A stretch of 32,000 nucleotides of DNA, taken from contig NC_006138.1 of the NCBI RefSeq assembly GCF_000025945.1, forward strand, positions 1,650,001-1,682,000, read 5' to 3'. Each line of letters opens with the position of its first letter. Within the stretch, counting starts at the first letter, position 1. A model generated the notes under the pieces. The model saw only the letters and a list, made by a program, of their open reading frames with translations. It was not told the origin of the DNA and made no database searches. The position numbers were made by a program, and so were the translations under genes. This document shows positions 1 through 9,768 of this stretch, one piece after another. The DNA comes from Desulfotalea psychrophila LSv54. GTDB lineage: Bacteria; Desulfobacterota; Desulfobulbia; Desulfobulbales; Desulfocapsaceae.

Positions 1-276
1 AATGTGGCAGAGAACTATTTTGTCTTTCCCAATGGCCGGGTCTATCAGTGTCCTCTCTGTGAGGATTATCCGCTCCACTCTTACTGCATTAAAGATGGTC
101 AGCTGCAGGCGCGGGAGGGTTTGACTGAAAAGAATTTCTTTTCTCTTGATATAGCTGAGGGGTGTGTGATGAATAAACTGCTTCAGCCTGAAAACATCAG
201 CTATCGGGATGGGGTGGTGGAGAACAAGATCTCCTGCTGTATGCTTAAGCAGGAGATGGTTGGTGTAACTCGCTAG
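1..276 (+). CDS. C-terminal fragment of a Cys-rich protein whose 5' end lies outside the window. Function is unassigned; it may be a radical-SAM/SPASM-like accessory domain.
   Basis: The frame is open from base 1 to TAG at 274-276. Several Cys clusters are present (CPLC, YC, GC, SCC). No diagnostic motif was recognised. Confidence 0.4.
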   Translation, partial: NVAENYFVFPNGRVYQCPLCEDYPLHSYCIKDGQLQAREGLTEKNFFSLDIAEGCVMNKLLQPENISYRDGVVENKISCCMLKQEMVGVTR

Positions 277-305
277 AGGTTCTGTCCGGCCGCCAGGTCA
301 TAGGG

Positions 306-1082
306 CTAAGCATCATCCTTCTTGCTTGCCTTAACTCTGTTGAAGAGGGCGCTGAGGAAAATGCCTGATTCGTAGAGGAGGAACAGGGGGCCGGAGAGAA
401 GGGCCGAGGCCATAAGGTCGCCTGCGCAGAGGAGAAAGGAGAGGGTGATGATGGCTATATAGAAGTACATCCTCTTCTGGCGAAAGTAGCGGGCCTGTAC
501 GAGGTTTGCTTTGCCGGCCATCAGCATAAGAAATGGGATCTGGAAGGCAATGCCAAAGGTCAGGATGGTTCGTCCGACAAAGGTCAGGTAGAGTCCGAGC
601 TTGGGTAGTGGCCTCATGGCCTCCGAGGTGTAGCTCATAAAGTAGGAGAGTATTTTGGGCAGTATAATGAAAAAGGCAAAACTCCCCCCGGCCAGAAAGA
701 GCAGGGTTGACCAGAAGACCACTGTTCTGGCGATGCTCCTCTCCTTCTTGGTGAGACCGGGCGCAATAAAGGCCCAACTCTGGTATATGCAGTAGGGCAT
801 GCTGCATATAAGGCCAATGAGGAGGGCAAGCTTGATATAGGCGAGAAAGGCCTCGGGGAGATTGGTGTATACCAATTTGTAGACAAGAGGGCTTGCCTCC
901 TGCAGTGGCGTAATGCATGCCCGGGCAATTTGTTCGGAAAATATATAGGCAACTGCAGAACAGAGAACAATTGCAATGCCGATGCGGATAATCCTTTTGC
1001 GTAGCTCCAGGTGATGCGGGCGAAAGAGGGCAAGGCTACGTTCAAGCATTGGAATTGTCTGTTCGAGATTATAATGCCCCAT
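306..1082 (-). CDS. tatC: Sec-independent (twin-arginine) protein translocase subunit TatC
   Basis: A polytopic membrane protein of about 258 aa with a typical TatC N-terminus (HLxELRKR) and six hydrophobic segments. I chose the ATG at 1082 (MGHYNLEQ) rather than the track start at 1181, which runs through the upstream tat gene. It overlaps that gene's stop by 14 nt. Confidence 0.9.
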   Translation of the reverse strand: MGHYNLEQTIPMLERSLALFRPHHLELRKRIIRIGIAIVLCSAVAYIFSEQIARACITPLQEASPLVYKLVYTNLPEAFLAYIKLALLIGLICSMPYCIYQSWAFIAPGLTKKERSIARTVVFWSTLLFLAGGSFAFFIILPKILSYFMSYTSEAMRPLPKLGLYLTFVGRTILTFGIAFQIPFLMLMAGKANLVQARYFRQKRMYFYIAIITLSFLLCAGDLMASALLSGPLFLLYESGIFLSALFNRVKASKKDDA

Positions 1083-1518
1083 TCTCTTTCTCCTTATGAT
1101 CAGTACCAGGAGAATCTTGCTTTTCTTCTTTCTTATCCGTCTCGCTCTCCGGCTCAATTTCAATGAAGGTGCTGGTGTCAACCGCGTCCACGCTGGTGTT
1201 CTTCATCAGTTCCCGGTAGGCCGCGCCTGCCTCACCCAGATCCGAGGTGTCGGGGAGTTTGTCGAGGCCGTCTTTGAAGTTTGGAGTGGCAAGAAGATTG
1301 CTTTTCAGGGCAGCAGCGGCATCCTCCAACTCTTTTTTTGTTTCGCTGAGAGGGTTACCCTCTTTCTCTATGGATTGTTTGAATCCCTCTGCTGTTTTTT
1401 TCAGCTCCATGGCGCCCTTGGCAATGGAGCGGGCAAGTTCTGGAAGTTTGTCTGGGCCGACAACAATCAGGGCAAGGGCAAGGATGAGAATCATTTCCGG
1501 CAGGCCGATTCCAAACAT
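1069..1518 (-). CDS. tatB: Tat translocase TatA/TatB-family component (TatB-like, 149 aa)
   Basis: MFGIGLPEMILILALALIVVGPDKLPE is the canonical TatA/B N-terminal TM helix plus hinge (GPxKLP), followed by an amphipathic helix and an acidic tail. The ATG at 1518 is preceded by AAGGAA about 7 nt upstream. The gene lies directly upstream of tatC. Confidence 0.8.
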   Translation of the reverse strand: MFGIGLPEMILILALALIVVGPDKLPELARSIAKGAMELKKTAEGFKQSIEKEGNPLSETKKELEDAAAALKSNLLATPNFKDGLDKLPDTSDLGEAGAAYRELMKNTSVDAVDTSTFIEIEPESETDKKEEKQDSPGTDHKEKENGAL

Positions 1519-1712
1519 AGTATTTCCTTTTTCGTTATGGGACAATGTTATTGAGGGATGAGACTGGCAGATTTTACGTCATTTTATCTCTGGTGTCAAT
1601 AACACCCCCTCTGCTCTGTTGCAGTCTCAGTCAGGTTTTTCTTAAGCCTAAGGTCTTGTTTCTTGGGGTTGGGGGGCGGGGTGTAGAGGTTTCTTACTAA
1701 AAATTTCAATGA

Positions 1713-1741
1713 TTGACTTTTGCTCTTGATTTTGCTAAAAT
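1713..1741 (+). promoter_or_regulatory. Sigma70-type promoter candidate upstream of purA
   Basis: TTGACT (1713-1718), a 17-nt spacer, then TAAAAT (1736-1741), about 140 nt upstream of the purA ATG. Confidence 0.5.
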
Positions 1742-1883
1742 ACCCTGTTTTTCTTGCGAGGTTGGCGACTGGGTTCGTAGGCCTCTTCTTTTTTTATGTC
1801 ATGTAACGTTTCGCAAGCAATCGTTATTTTAAATTTTTATGCTGAATCTAGTGACAGTTTCCAATCCTAATAGGAGAGAGTAG

Positions 1884-3197
<1,314 letters not shown>

Positions 3198-3271
3198 CAG
3201 CTCCTTATTGGGGTTGGGATATCTTGCCATGGGTTGCGGCCCATGGCATAAATAGCATAAGAGGTTTTAAT

Positions 3272-3535
3272 ATGGCTAGAATTACTGTTGAAGATTGTCT
3301 GGATCAGGTAGGAAAAGACAATCGTTTTAATTTGATTCACCTTGCTGTAAAACGTATTCATCAGCATCGTCAGGGAGAGCCTTTTCTTGCAGGTGAGAGA
3401 AATAAGGAAGTTGTTAACACCCTACGTGAAATCGCTGCAGGCAAGGTAACCCTTGCAAACATTGATCAACTACCTGATATGGTAGATGGAGTTTTGCCTG
3501 AATCAGGCAAAGCAATGGGCAAATCTGCTGAATAA
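3272..3535 (+). CDS. rpoZ: DNA-directed RNA polymerase omega subunit
   Basis: [10 protein letters not shown]...[15 protein letters not shown] is the classic RpoZ N-terminus. The ATG at 3272 has an AAGAGG RBS at 3259-3264. The track's upstream extension is rejected. Confidence 0.9.
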   Translation: MARITVEDCLDQVGKDNRFNLIHLAVKRIHQHRQGEPFLAGERNKEVVNTLREIAAGKVTLANIDQLPDMVDGVLPESGKAMGKSAE

Positions 3536-3555
3536 TGTGTAGGTATTAAGATTTC

Positions 3556-4677
3556 ATGACTATTGATTATTACGAAACATTATCTGTTGAACGAGATGCG
3601 GATCAGGGCACTATAAAAAAGGCCTACCGCAAGTTGGCAATGAAGTATCACCCGGATCGCAATCAAGGGGACAAGGAAGCTGAGACTCTTTTTAAAGAGT
3701 GTACTGAGGCCTATGAAGTACTTCGTGATGAAAGTAAACGCCGAATATATGATACCTATGGTCACGAAGGGTTAAAGAATAATGGCCAGCGTGATACGGG
3801 CGGTGCCGGTGATATTTTCTCTCATTTTGGCGATTTATTTGGCTTTGGTGGCGGTGGTGGAAGATCTCAGGCGCGTCGAAATGGGCCGATTGAGGGAAAT
3901 GATCTGCGTTACGATGTCTCTATCTCTTTTATGGAGTCGATACAAGGTGTCTCCAAAGAGGTGAAGCTTTCTCGTCGTGAAACCTGTTGGACCTGCGAGG
4001 GAACAGGAAGTCGGCCGGGCTATCAGCCTCAGACCTGTCCCACCTGTAATGGTCGTGGCCAGGTTCTTCGTTCGCAAGGATTTTTTCAGGTCAGTACAAC
4101 CTGCCCGGAATGTGAGGGCGAGGGCCAGGTGATTAAAGAGCCATGTAATGACTGTCATGGTGAAGGTCTGGTCAAAAAGACTAAGACTGTTGCTATCAAA
4201 ATTCCTGCCGGAGTTGATACGGGCGCTCGTATGCGTTTGCGTGGTGAGGGTGAAGGCGGACGTCGTGGTGGTCCCTCCGGTGATCTCTTCGTCATAGTCC
4301 ATGTATCATCCCATGAATTTTTTGAACGTGATGGTGACACAATTTACTGTCGTTTGCCTGTGTCAATGACCACGGCAGCTCTTGGTGATACGGTTGATGT
4401 TCCCACTGTTCATGGCAAGAAAAATTTGAAAATACCTGCTGGTAGCCAATCCGGAGAGCGATTCACTCTGCGTGGTGAAGGTGTCCCCTCTCTTAGAGGT
4501 CGGGGTAACGGTGATATGGTGGTTGAGCTTCATGTGGAAACCCCCACCGGTCTTTGTGAAGAGCAGAAGAAAATGCTTCGGGATTTTCACTCTTTTTGTG
4601 AGGAACATGGCCAGCACGAAAAAACGAAGGGCTTTTTTGCAAAACTTTTTGATGAAGTTCTTGGAAAAAACAAATAA
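3556..4677 (+). CDS. dnaJ: Molecular chaperone DnaJ (Hsp40)
   Basis: It has a J domain with HPD (KYHPDRN), a G/F-rich linker, four CxxCxGxG zinc-finger repeats and a C-terminal client-binding domain. Length is 373 aa. Confidence 0.95.
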   Translation: MTIDYYETLSVERDADQGTIKKAYRKLAMKYHPDRNQGDKEAETLFKECTEAYEVLRDESKRRIYDTYGHEGLKNNGQRDTGGAGDIFSHFGDLFGFGGGGGRSQARRNGPIEGNDLRYDVSISFMESIQGVSKEVKLSRRETCWTCEGTGSRPGYQPQTCPTCNGRGQVLRSQGFFQVSTTCPECEGEGQVIKEPCNDCHGEGLVKKTKTVAIKIPAGVDTGARMRLRGEGEGGRRGGPSGDLFVIVHVSSHEFFERDGDTIYCRLPVSMTTAALGDTVDVPTVHGKKNLKIPAGSQSGERFTLRGEGVPSLRGRGNGDMVVELHVETPTGLCEEQKKMLRDFHSFCEEHGQHEKTKGFFAKLFDEVLGKNK

Positions 4678-4698
4678 TATTGTATCTTTGAGGGGGCT

Positions 4699-5193
4699 AT
4701 GGATTCTGAGACAAAATCACCACTGAGTCATTTTGATGAGAGCGGCAATGCGCATATGGTTGATGTCGGTGCCAAAGGTGAGACAAACCGTAAGGCTTAT
4801 GCCGCAGGATCTATTTCTATGAATCCTGAGGCCTATAGACTTGTTAAGGCGGGTACTATGGCCAAGGGGGATGTGCTTGGTGTTGCGAGAATTGCAGGAC
4901 TTATGGCAGCAAAGAAGGTAGATGAGCTTATTCCTCTTGCTCATCCCCTTTTGATAACTAGCTCAACCATTGATTTTGAACTTATGGATGAGAGCTATAC
5001 GGTGAATATCTTTGCCACGGTTGGCATGACTGGTAAAACTGGTGTCGAGATGGAGGCCCTCACAGCGGTTTCTATATCGGCCCTGACCATTTATGACATG
5101 TGTAAGGCCGTTGACAAATCTATGAAAATTAGTGATATTCGTCTGCTGAAAAAGACAGGCGGAAAAAGTGGTATATTTATTCGTAAAGACTAA
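4699..5193 (+). CDS. moaC: Cyclic pyranopterin monophosphate synthase accessory protein MoaC
   Basis: LSHFDxxGxAHMVDVGxK, [11 protein letters not shown] and IPLAHPL motifs are present. Length is 164 aa. Confidence 0.93.
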   Translation: MDSETKSPLSHFDESGNAHMVDVGAKGETNRKAYAAGSISMNPEAYRLVKAGTMAKGDVLGVARIAGLMAAKKVDELIPLAHPLLITSSTIDFELMDESYTVNIFATVGMTGKTGVEMEALTAVSISALTIYDMCKAVDKSMKISDIRLLKKTGGKSGIFIRKD

Positions 5194-5232
5194 TTGTTGA
5201 TATTTATAAGATCGTATTGAAGGAGATTGTTA

Positions 5233-5595
5233 ATGGATAAAGATGTGTTGGAACATTTTCGTCAGCAGTTGCTGGATAAGCGTCAAGAAATTCTACAAGA
5301 AGTTGATAAAACCCTCGGTGATATGACCGATCAGACGGCAAATATCCCAGATCCTAATGACAGGGCTACGGTCGAATCTGGCCGAAATTTTGAGTTGCGT
5401 CTTCGTGACCGGGAGCGTAAACTGCTCGGTAAGGTTGATGCGGCTATTGTTAGGCTTGAAGAGGGTGAATTTGGTATCTGTGAGGCCTGTGGGGAAGATA
5501 TTACCCTGAAGCGCCTTGAGGCCAGACCCGTAACAACCCTTTGTATTGACTGTAAAACACTACAAGAAAATGAAGAGAAATCTGTCGCAGAATAG
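5233..5595 (+). CDS. DksA/TraR-family C4-type zinc-finger protein
   Basis: A coiled-coil N-terminal half is followed by CEACGEDI...CIDCK (a CxxC-N17-CxxC finger). The ATG at 5233 is 7 nt after AGGAG (5221-5225). Confidence 0.85.
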   Translation: MDKDVLEHFRQQLLDKRQEILQEVDKTLGDMTDQTANIPDPNDRATVESGRNFELRLRDRERKLLGKVDAAIVRLEEGEFGICEACGEDITLKRLEARPVTTLCIDCKTLQENEEKSVAE

Positions 5596-5700
5596 CTTTT
5601 CCCTTTCTTTTCTTGTAGCTTTGATCCTAACGGGCCAGTAGGCAGATGTGCCTTTTGTTGCTGGTCCTACCCCTTCCACCAGTACTCCTATTGTTACAGC

Positions 5701-6405
5701 ATGAAAGATATACAAAATCAAAGAGATACCCGCCAGGTGGATATTCGCAAGGTTGGGGTGAAAACAGTATCTTACCCAATTGTTGTTTTGGATAAGGCCC
5801 AGAAAAAGCAACATACCATTGCTCAGGTCAATATGTATGTGAATTTGCCGCATCATTTCAAGGGCACTCATATGAGTCGTTTTGTCCAGATTCTTGCCGA
5901 GTGTCATGGTGAGATAGATTTACAAAACTTCATCAAGATTCTTGAAAAAATGAAGGAGAGACTTTCGGCTGCGGCTTCGCATCTGGAAATGTTCTTTCCC
6001 TATTTCCTGCAACGTGATAAGGTTGATGCTACTGCCCTGTTAACAAAGTATAATTGTGGTCTTTGTGGCTCATTGCAAGAAGAGAGCAACCTGCGATTAA
6101 GTCTTGATATTCCTATATACTATTCAATAACCTCAGGGGAAAATAGGACTCGCTGGGGTCATGTCGATCTCTCTTTGCATCTGGAGAAATTTTACTGGAT
6201 TGAGGATATTATTGAGCAGGTTGAGGGGGCTATTGAGGTAAGTCCTATAGGGCATGATTCAGAGGTGGCTACCTCAACAACAGAGCTTGCCCATCGTATT
6301 GGTGGAGCCCTGGCGCTGATAGATGAGGTGGAGAGTTTTTCTTTGACAGTTCACCATCAAAGTGAAAATTTTAGCACCTTTGCTCAGCTTGAGTCTAACC
6401 TATAG
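5701..6405 (+). CDS. FolE2/MptA-like (COG1469, GTP cyclohydrolase IB family) protein with a divergent C-terminal half
   Basis: The N-terminal half matches family hallmarks (MKDIQNxxDxRxxxIxKVGV, KGTHMSRF). The C-terminal half lacks the motifs I recall as catalytic (see findings). There is no clear SD before the ATG at 5701. Confidence 0.7.
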   Translation: MKDIQNQRDTRQVDIRKVGVKTVSYPIVVLDKAQKKQHTIAQVNMYVNLPHHFKGTHMSRFVQILAECHGEIDLQNFIKILEKMKERLSAAASHLEMFFPYFLQRDKVDATALLTKYNCGLCGSLQEESNLRLSLDIPIYYSITSGENRTRWGHVDLSLHLEKFYWIEDIIEQVEGAIEVSPIGHDSEVATSTTELAHRIGGALALIDEVESFSLTVHHQSENFSTFAQLESNL

Positions 6406-6542
6406 TCGCTTTGTTCCTCTGTGTGTCCCGGCTGTGTGCCCCTTATTGGTGGAGAATATTTATATCTTCCTACGGGAATCTTGAAAGCTTCAACTTTTCA
6501 AGTCCCCCTTACCTTTACCTTTACCTTTATTTATTGATAGCT

Positions 6543-8612
6543 ATGCGTGATCTACTATTTGAAATTGGAACCGAGGAATTGCCAGCGGGATTTCAACGCC
6601 CGTCTCTTCAGCAGTTGAAAGAGAAGTTTATCCAAAAGGCTGCAGAGCTTAAGATAGAGCATGGTGCGGTGGTAACTCTTGGTAGTCCACGCCGTTTAAC
6701 CATCATTGTCAAGGATCTTGCCCTAAAGCAGGATGATATCCTTGAGGAACTTCTCGGGCCCTCCAAAAAGGCGGCCTTTGATGGCGATGGTAATCCCACC
6801 AAGGCAGCCCAGGGCTTTGCCCGTTCCAAGGGAGCTTCTGTTGAAGATCTTCAGGTAGTAGAAACGGCAAAGGGCGAGTACCTTATGCTGGTGCGTGAGC
6901 TTAAGGGACAGGAGACTGTAGCTCTTCTGCCAAAGCTTCTTGAAGAACTCATTGGCGAACTCTCTTTTGCAAAATCCATGAGATGGGGAAGTTATACAAC
7001 GACTTTTGCCCGCCCTATTCAGTGGTTGCTGGCTCTTTTTGGTGAGGATGTTGTTGCCCTTAAGCATGGTGATATCGTCTCTGCTCATACCAGTCGTGGC
7101 CATCGCTTTATGGCCAATGTAGATTTTGTGGTGAAAGATGCCGCCTCCTATGAGGAGCTACTTCTTGAGCATAATGTAATTGTTGACCCTGCAAAGCGCC
7201 GGGCCAAGGTTGTGGAGGAGATTCATAGGGCCTTGGCTGAGAGCACTCTTGTCGAGGGTACTCTGGCTGTGGATGAAGAGTTAGTCGATACAGTGACCAA
7301 CCTCGTTGAATATCCATATGGGGTCTGTGGCGTCTTTGCTAAGAGTTTCTTGGATCTGCCCGATGAGGTACTGACAACCTCCATGCGAGTGAACCAAAAA
7401 TACTTTACCATTGTTGATGATGCAGGTGCCTTGGTTAATGGTTTTGTTGCGGTAAATAACACCAAGGTTATTGATAGTGAGGTGACCCGTAAGGGCCATC
7501 AACGAGTTTTACGTGCCCGTCTTGACGATGCGATCTTCTTTTTTGCCGGTGACAAGAAGACAAGCCTGGAAAGTCGGGTAGCCTCTCTTGCCGGCATTGT
7601 CTTTCAGACAAAACTTGGCACCATGGCTGAGAAGACTGAACGAATTGTTAAGTTGACCCGTAGCCTTGCCGAGGTAATTGACCATAGTCTGGTTGCAGAT
7701 GCCTGTCGGGCAGCGACTCTCTGTAAGGCCGATCTTATCACTGACATGGTGGGGGAGTTTACCTCACTTCAAGGTGTTATGGGTGCAGCTTATGCCACCA
7801 ATGATGGCGAAAAAGAGGGTGTGGCTCTGGCTATTAAGGAGCACTATATGCCAAAACGTGCCGGGGCAGAGTTACCTGACACCGATCTTGGCGCCTTAGT
7901 GGGCCTTGCCGATCGTCTTGATACCATTGCCGGTTGTTTTGGTATTGGTCAGATCCCTACGGGTACTGCTGATCCCTTTGGTCTGCGGCGCTTGACCCTG
8001 GCCGTGCTTCATATTATCTCTGAGCGTGGTTATACCATCTCTTTGCATGAAATGGTGGGCAAGGCCCTGGCCCTTTACGGAGATAAGGTCAACGGCGGCA
8101 ACGAAACAGTGGAAAAAATCATTGATTTTATGCGGGGGAGATTGGCTAACGACTGTGTGAGTCGCGGTCAAAATGCCGGAGCTGTTGAAGCTGTTCTTAG
8201 TCTGGGCTTTGATGATTTAGGCGATATCCATGCCCGTATTCAGGCCCTGATGGAGGTACGCAAGGAAGACTCCTTTGCTGTACTTGCCGCCTCCTTTAAG
8301 CGTATTCGTAATATTATTAAGAACAATACTGCGGTAGAGGTTCAAACCGATCTCTTTGAGGAGGATGCAGAGCGTAATCTCTTCTCTCTTTTTCAGCTGG
8401 TGGCCGCAGAGATGCAGGACCTTGTCGCGAAAAAAGAGTATCTTGCTGCCCTGATGGTAATGCTCAAGATGAAAGAGCCTGTGGATGCGTTTTTTGAGAG
8501 TGTTATGGTGATGGCCGAGAACGATGCTGTGCGGCAAAATCGTTTGAACCTGCTCACCGCCCTGGCGGATCTTGTTATGCAGATAGGTGATATCTCGAAG
8601 ATGCAGGACTAG
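6543..8612 (+). CDS. glyS: Glycine--tRNA ligase beta subunit
   Basis: MRDLLFEIGTEELPA is the canonical GlyS start. The protein is 689 aa with conserved FADPFGLRR-like (ADPFGLRR) and anticodon-binding regions. The track's 44-aa N-terminal extension is rejected. Confidence 0.95.
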   Translation: MRDLLFEIGTEELPAGFQRPSLQQLKEKFIQKAAELKIEHGAVVTLGSPRRLTIIVKDLALKQDDILEELLGPSKKAAFDGDGNPTKAAQGFARSKGASVEDLQVVETAKGEYLMLVRELKGQETVALLPKLLEELIGELSFAKSMRWGSYTTTFARPIQWLLALFGEDVVALKHGDIVSAHTSRGHRFMANVDFVVKDAASYEELLLEHNVIVDPAKRRAKVVEEIHRALAESTLVEGTLAVDEELVDTVTNLVEYPYGVCGVFAKSFLDLPDEVLTTSMRVNQKYFTIVDDAGALVNGFVAVNNTKVIDSEVTRKGHQRVLRARLDDAIFFFAGDKKTSLESRVASLAGIVFQTKLGTMAEKTERIVKLTRSLAEVIDHSLVADACRAATLCKADLITDMVGEFTSLQGVMGAAYATNDGEKEGVALAIKEHYMPKRAGAELPDTDLGALVGLADRLDTIAGCFGIGQIPTGTADPFGLRRLTLAVLHIISERGYTISLHEMVGKALALYGDKVNGGNETVEKIIDFMRGRLANDCVSRGQNAGAVEAVLSLGFDDLGDIHARIQALMEVRKEDSFAVLAASFKRIRNIIKNNTAVEVQTDLFEEDAERNLFSLFQLVAAEMQDLVAKKEYLAALMVMLKMKEPVDAFFESVMVMAENDAVRQNRLNLLTALADLVMQIGDISKMQD

Positions 8613-8636
8613 CCAAAGCTGGGATAAAACAAAAAA

Positions 8637-8665
8637 CCTGTGGATAATTCTCCACGGGTTTTTTT
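8637..8665. terminator. Bidirectional intrinsic terminator between convergent glyS and the kinase-like gene
   Basis: CCTGTGGA / TCCACGGG is an 8-bp stem (one G-U on the plus strand) with a 6-nt loop. A T7 run follows and an A-rich run precedes. Confidence 0.75.
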
Positions 8666-8710
8666 ATGCGTATTTCATTTCATAGTTTAGTAACTACAGT
8701 TCCTCTGTGC

Positions 8711-9364
8711 TCAGTCCTTATTAAGCTGGAGGGTGATGCCATTCGGGCTAGGGGTGATTTTTGCTTGCAGGTGTGTAGCCAGTGATGCTATTGCTGCATC
8801 CTTTACGACCTTCTGCCCCTGACTGGCCAGAGTTTTTGCTGCCAATTGCAGAGAATATTGGGGGCCGGATATTTGCCAGGAAAGGACGATCTCTTCGCCC
8901 TCCGAGCATAGCTGATAGCTTTTGTCTAACAATAAGAAAAGAAGGGCTTCCAGGATTGGCAGGGAATGATGAATCTCTACCTGTGCCGGGCATTCCAGGC
9001 GGACGGTAATATTTTTGGCAAGAGCCTTTTTTTCGCTGAGTTCGATGCAGAATCCGATTAACTCTTGCCCGGAGATAGGGCCCCGTCCTCTGTCTGTGCT
9101 ATGGGCAAGCATGTTCATTCTTTGTACAATCTTATTAGATCGTTTTACCTGCTTATGGATACCTGCCGTTGCCTTTTGGACACGGCTGATTTCAATAGTG
9201 CCTTCATCTGCCCCAAGCAGGGCAAAATCTTCCAGTAGACCTGCGTGTTCGTTGATTATGGCCAGAGTGTTTTTGATTTCATGGGAAATCGAAGCGAAAA
9301 CCTCTGAAAATACCTCAAGACAAATCTGATGAGCCTCTTTTTGTTGAACCATGTTTTTCCCCAT
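8711..9364 (-). CDS. Histidine-kinase-like protein with a DHp/H-box but degenerate ATP-binding domain (candidate ChpT/Spo0B-type phosphotransferase)
   Basis: It has the H-box FASISHEIKNTLAII and is 217 aa, with no TM or sensor domain. I could find no N-box Asn and no G1 (DxGxG) or G2 (GxGxGL) motif. It starts 2 nt after the upstream receiver gene. Confidence 0.7.
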   Translation of the reverse strand: MGKNMVQQKEAHQICLEVFSEVFASISHEIKNTLAIINEHAGLLEDFALLGADEGTIEISRVQKATAGIHKQVKRSNKIVQRMNMLAHSTDRGRGPISGQELIGFCIELSEKKALAKNITVRLECPAQVEIHHSLPILEALLFLLLDKSYQLCSEGEEIVLSWQISGPQYSLQLAAKTLASQGQKVVKDAAIASLATHLQAKITPSPNGITLQLNKD

Positions 9365-9366
9365 TT

Positions 9367-9768
9367 TTAGGCTTCTTCTGTTGTTGATTTTGTAAATGCG
9401 CCTTCTATTTTTTCGAGGAGGAGATGGAAGTCAACGGGTTTCATGAGATAGTCAAAGGCACCACGTTTTATTCCTTCACTGCCACTTGCAGAAGAGCCAT
9501 GCCCTGTAAGAATAATGACCTCGGTAGCCAGGCCTTTTCCCTTGATATAGCTGAGCAATTCGAGGCCATTGATATCCGGCATTCTCAGGTCAACGATGAT
9601 GACATCAAAAGAATTCTTTCCGATCAGATCAATGGCGGCTTGACCGGAGCTTGCCATTTCAGCTTTATACTGTCGTAGGTTGAGGCGGGTCATAAGGGTG
9701 TCGGCAAATTCAATTTCATCATCGACAATAAGTACCTTAATTTCTTTTTTATTATTAGTTTTCTTCAT
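9367..9768 (-). CDS. Single-domain response regulator (receiver only, 133 aa)
   Basis: KVLIVDDE, the phospho-acceptor context VIIVDLRMPDINGLE, ILTGHG and a conserved K (YLMKP) are present. The ATG at 9768 overlaps the kinase stop by 14 nt. The track's longer ORF (to 10053) runs inside the kinase gene and is rejected. Confidence 0.9.
   Translation of the reverse strand: MKKTNNKKEIKVLIVDDEIEFADTLMTRLNLRQYKAEMASSGQAAIDLIGKNSFDVIIVDLRMPDINGLELLSYIKGKGLATEVIILTGHGSSASGSEGIKRGAFDYLMKPVDFHLLLEKIEGAFTKSTTEEA

Noticed and set aside
331-1554. Overlapping alternative-frame and antisense ORFs in the tat region (331-918, 635-1045, 1096-1554, 1247-1561)
   Set aside because: They lie entirely within, or opposite to, the well-supported tatC and tatB frames. 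Their composition is low-complexity and Pro/Arg/Ser-rich, which is typical of off-frame translation.
3226-3247. 8-bp hairpin GCCATGGG/CCCATGGC between purA and rpoZ, considered as a terminator
   Set aside because: No U-tract follows, and the rpoZ RBS is immediately downstream. It may be a processing or stability element, but that cannot be supported from sequence alone.
6505-6535. Short tandem repeat (CCTTTA x3), considered as a possible CRISPR or microsatellite locus
   Set aside because: It has only three 6-nt units with no spacers, so it is not a CRISPR array.
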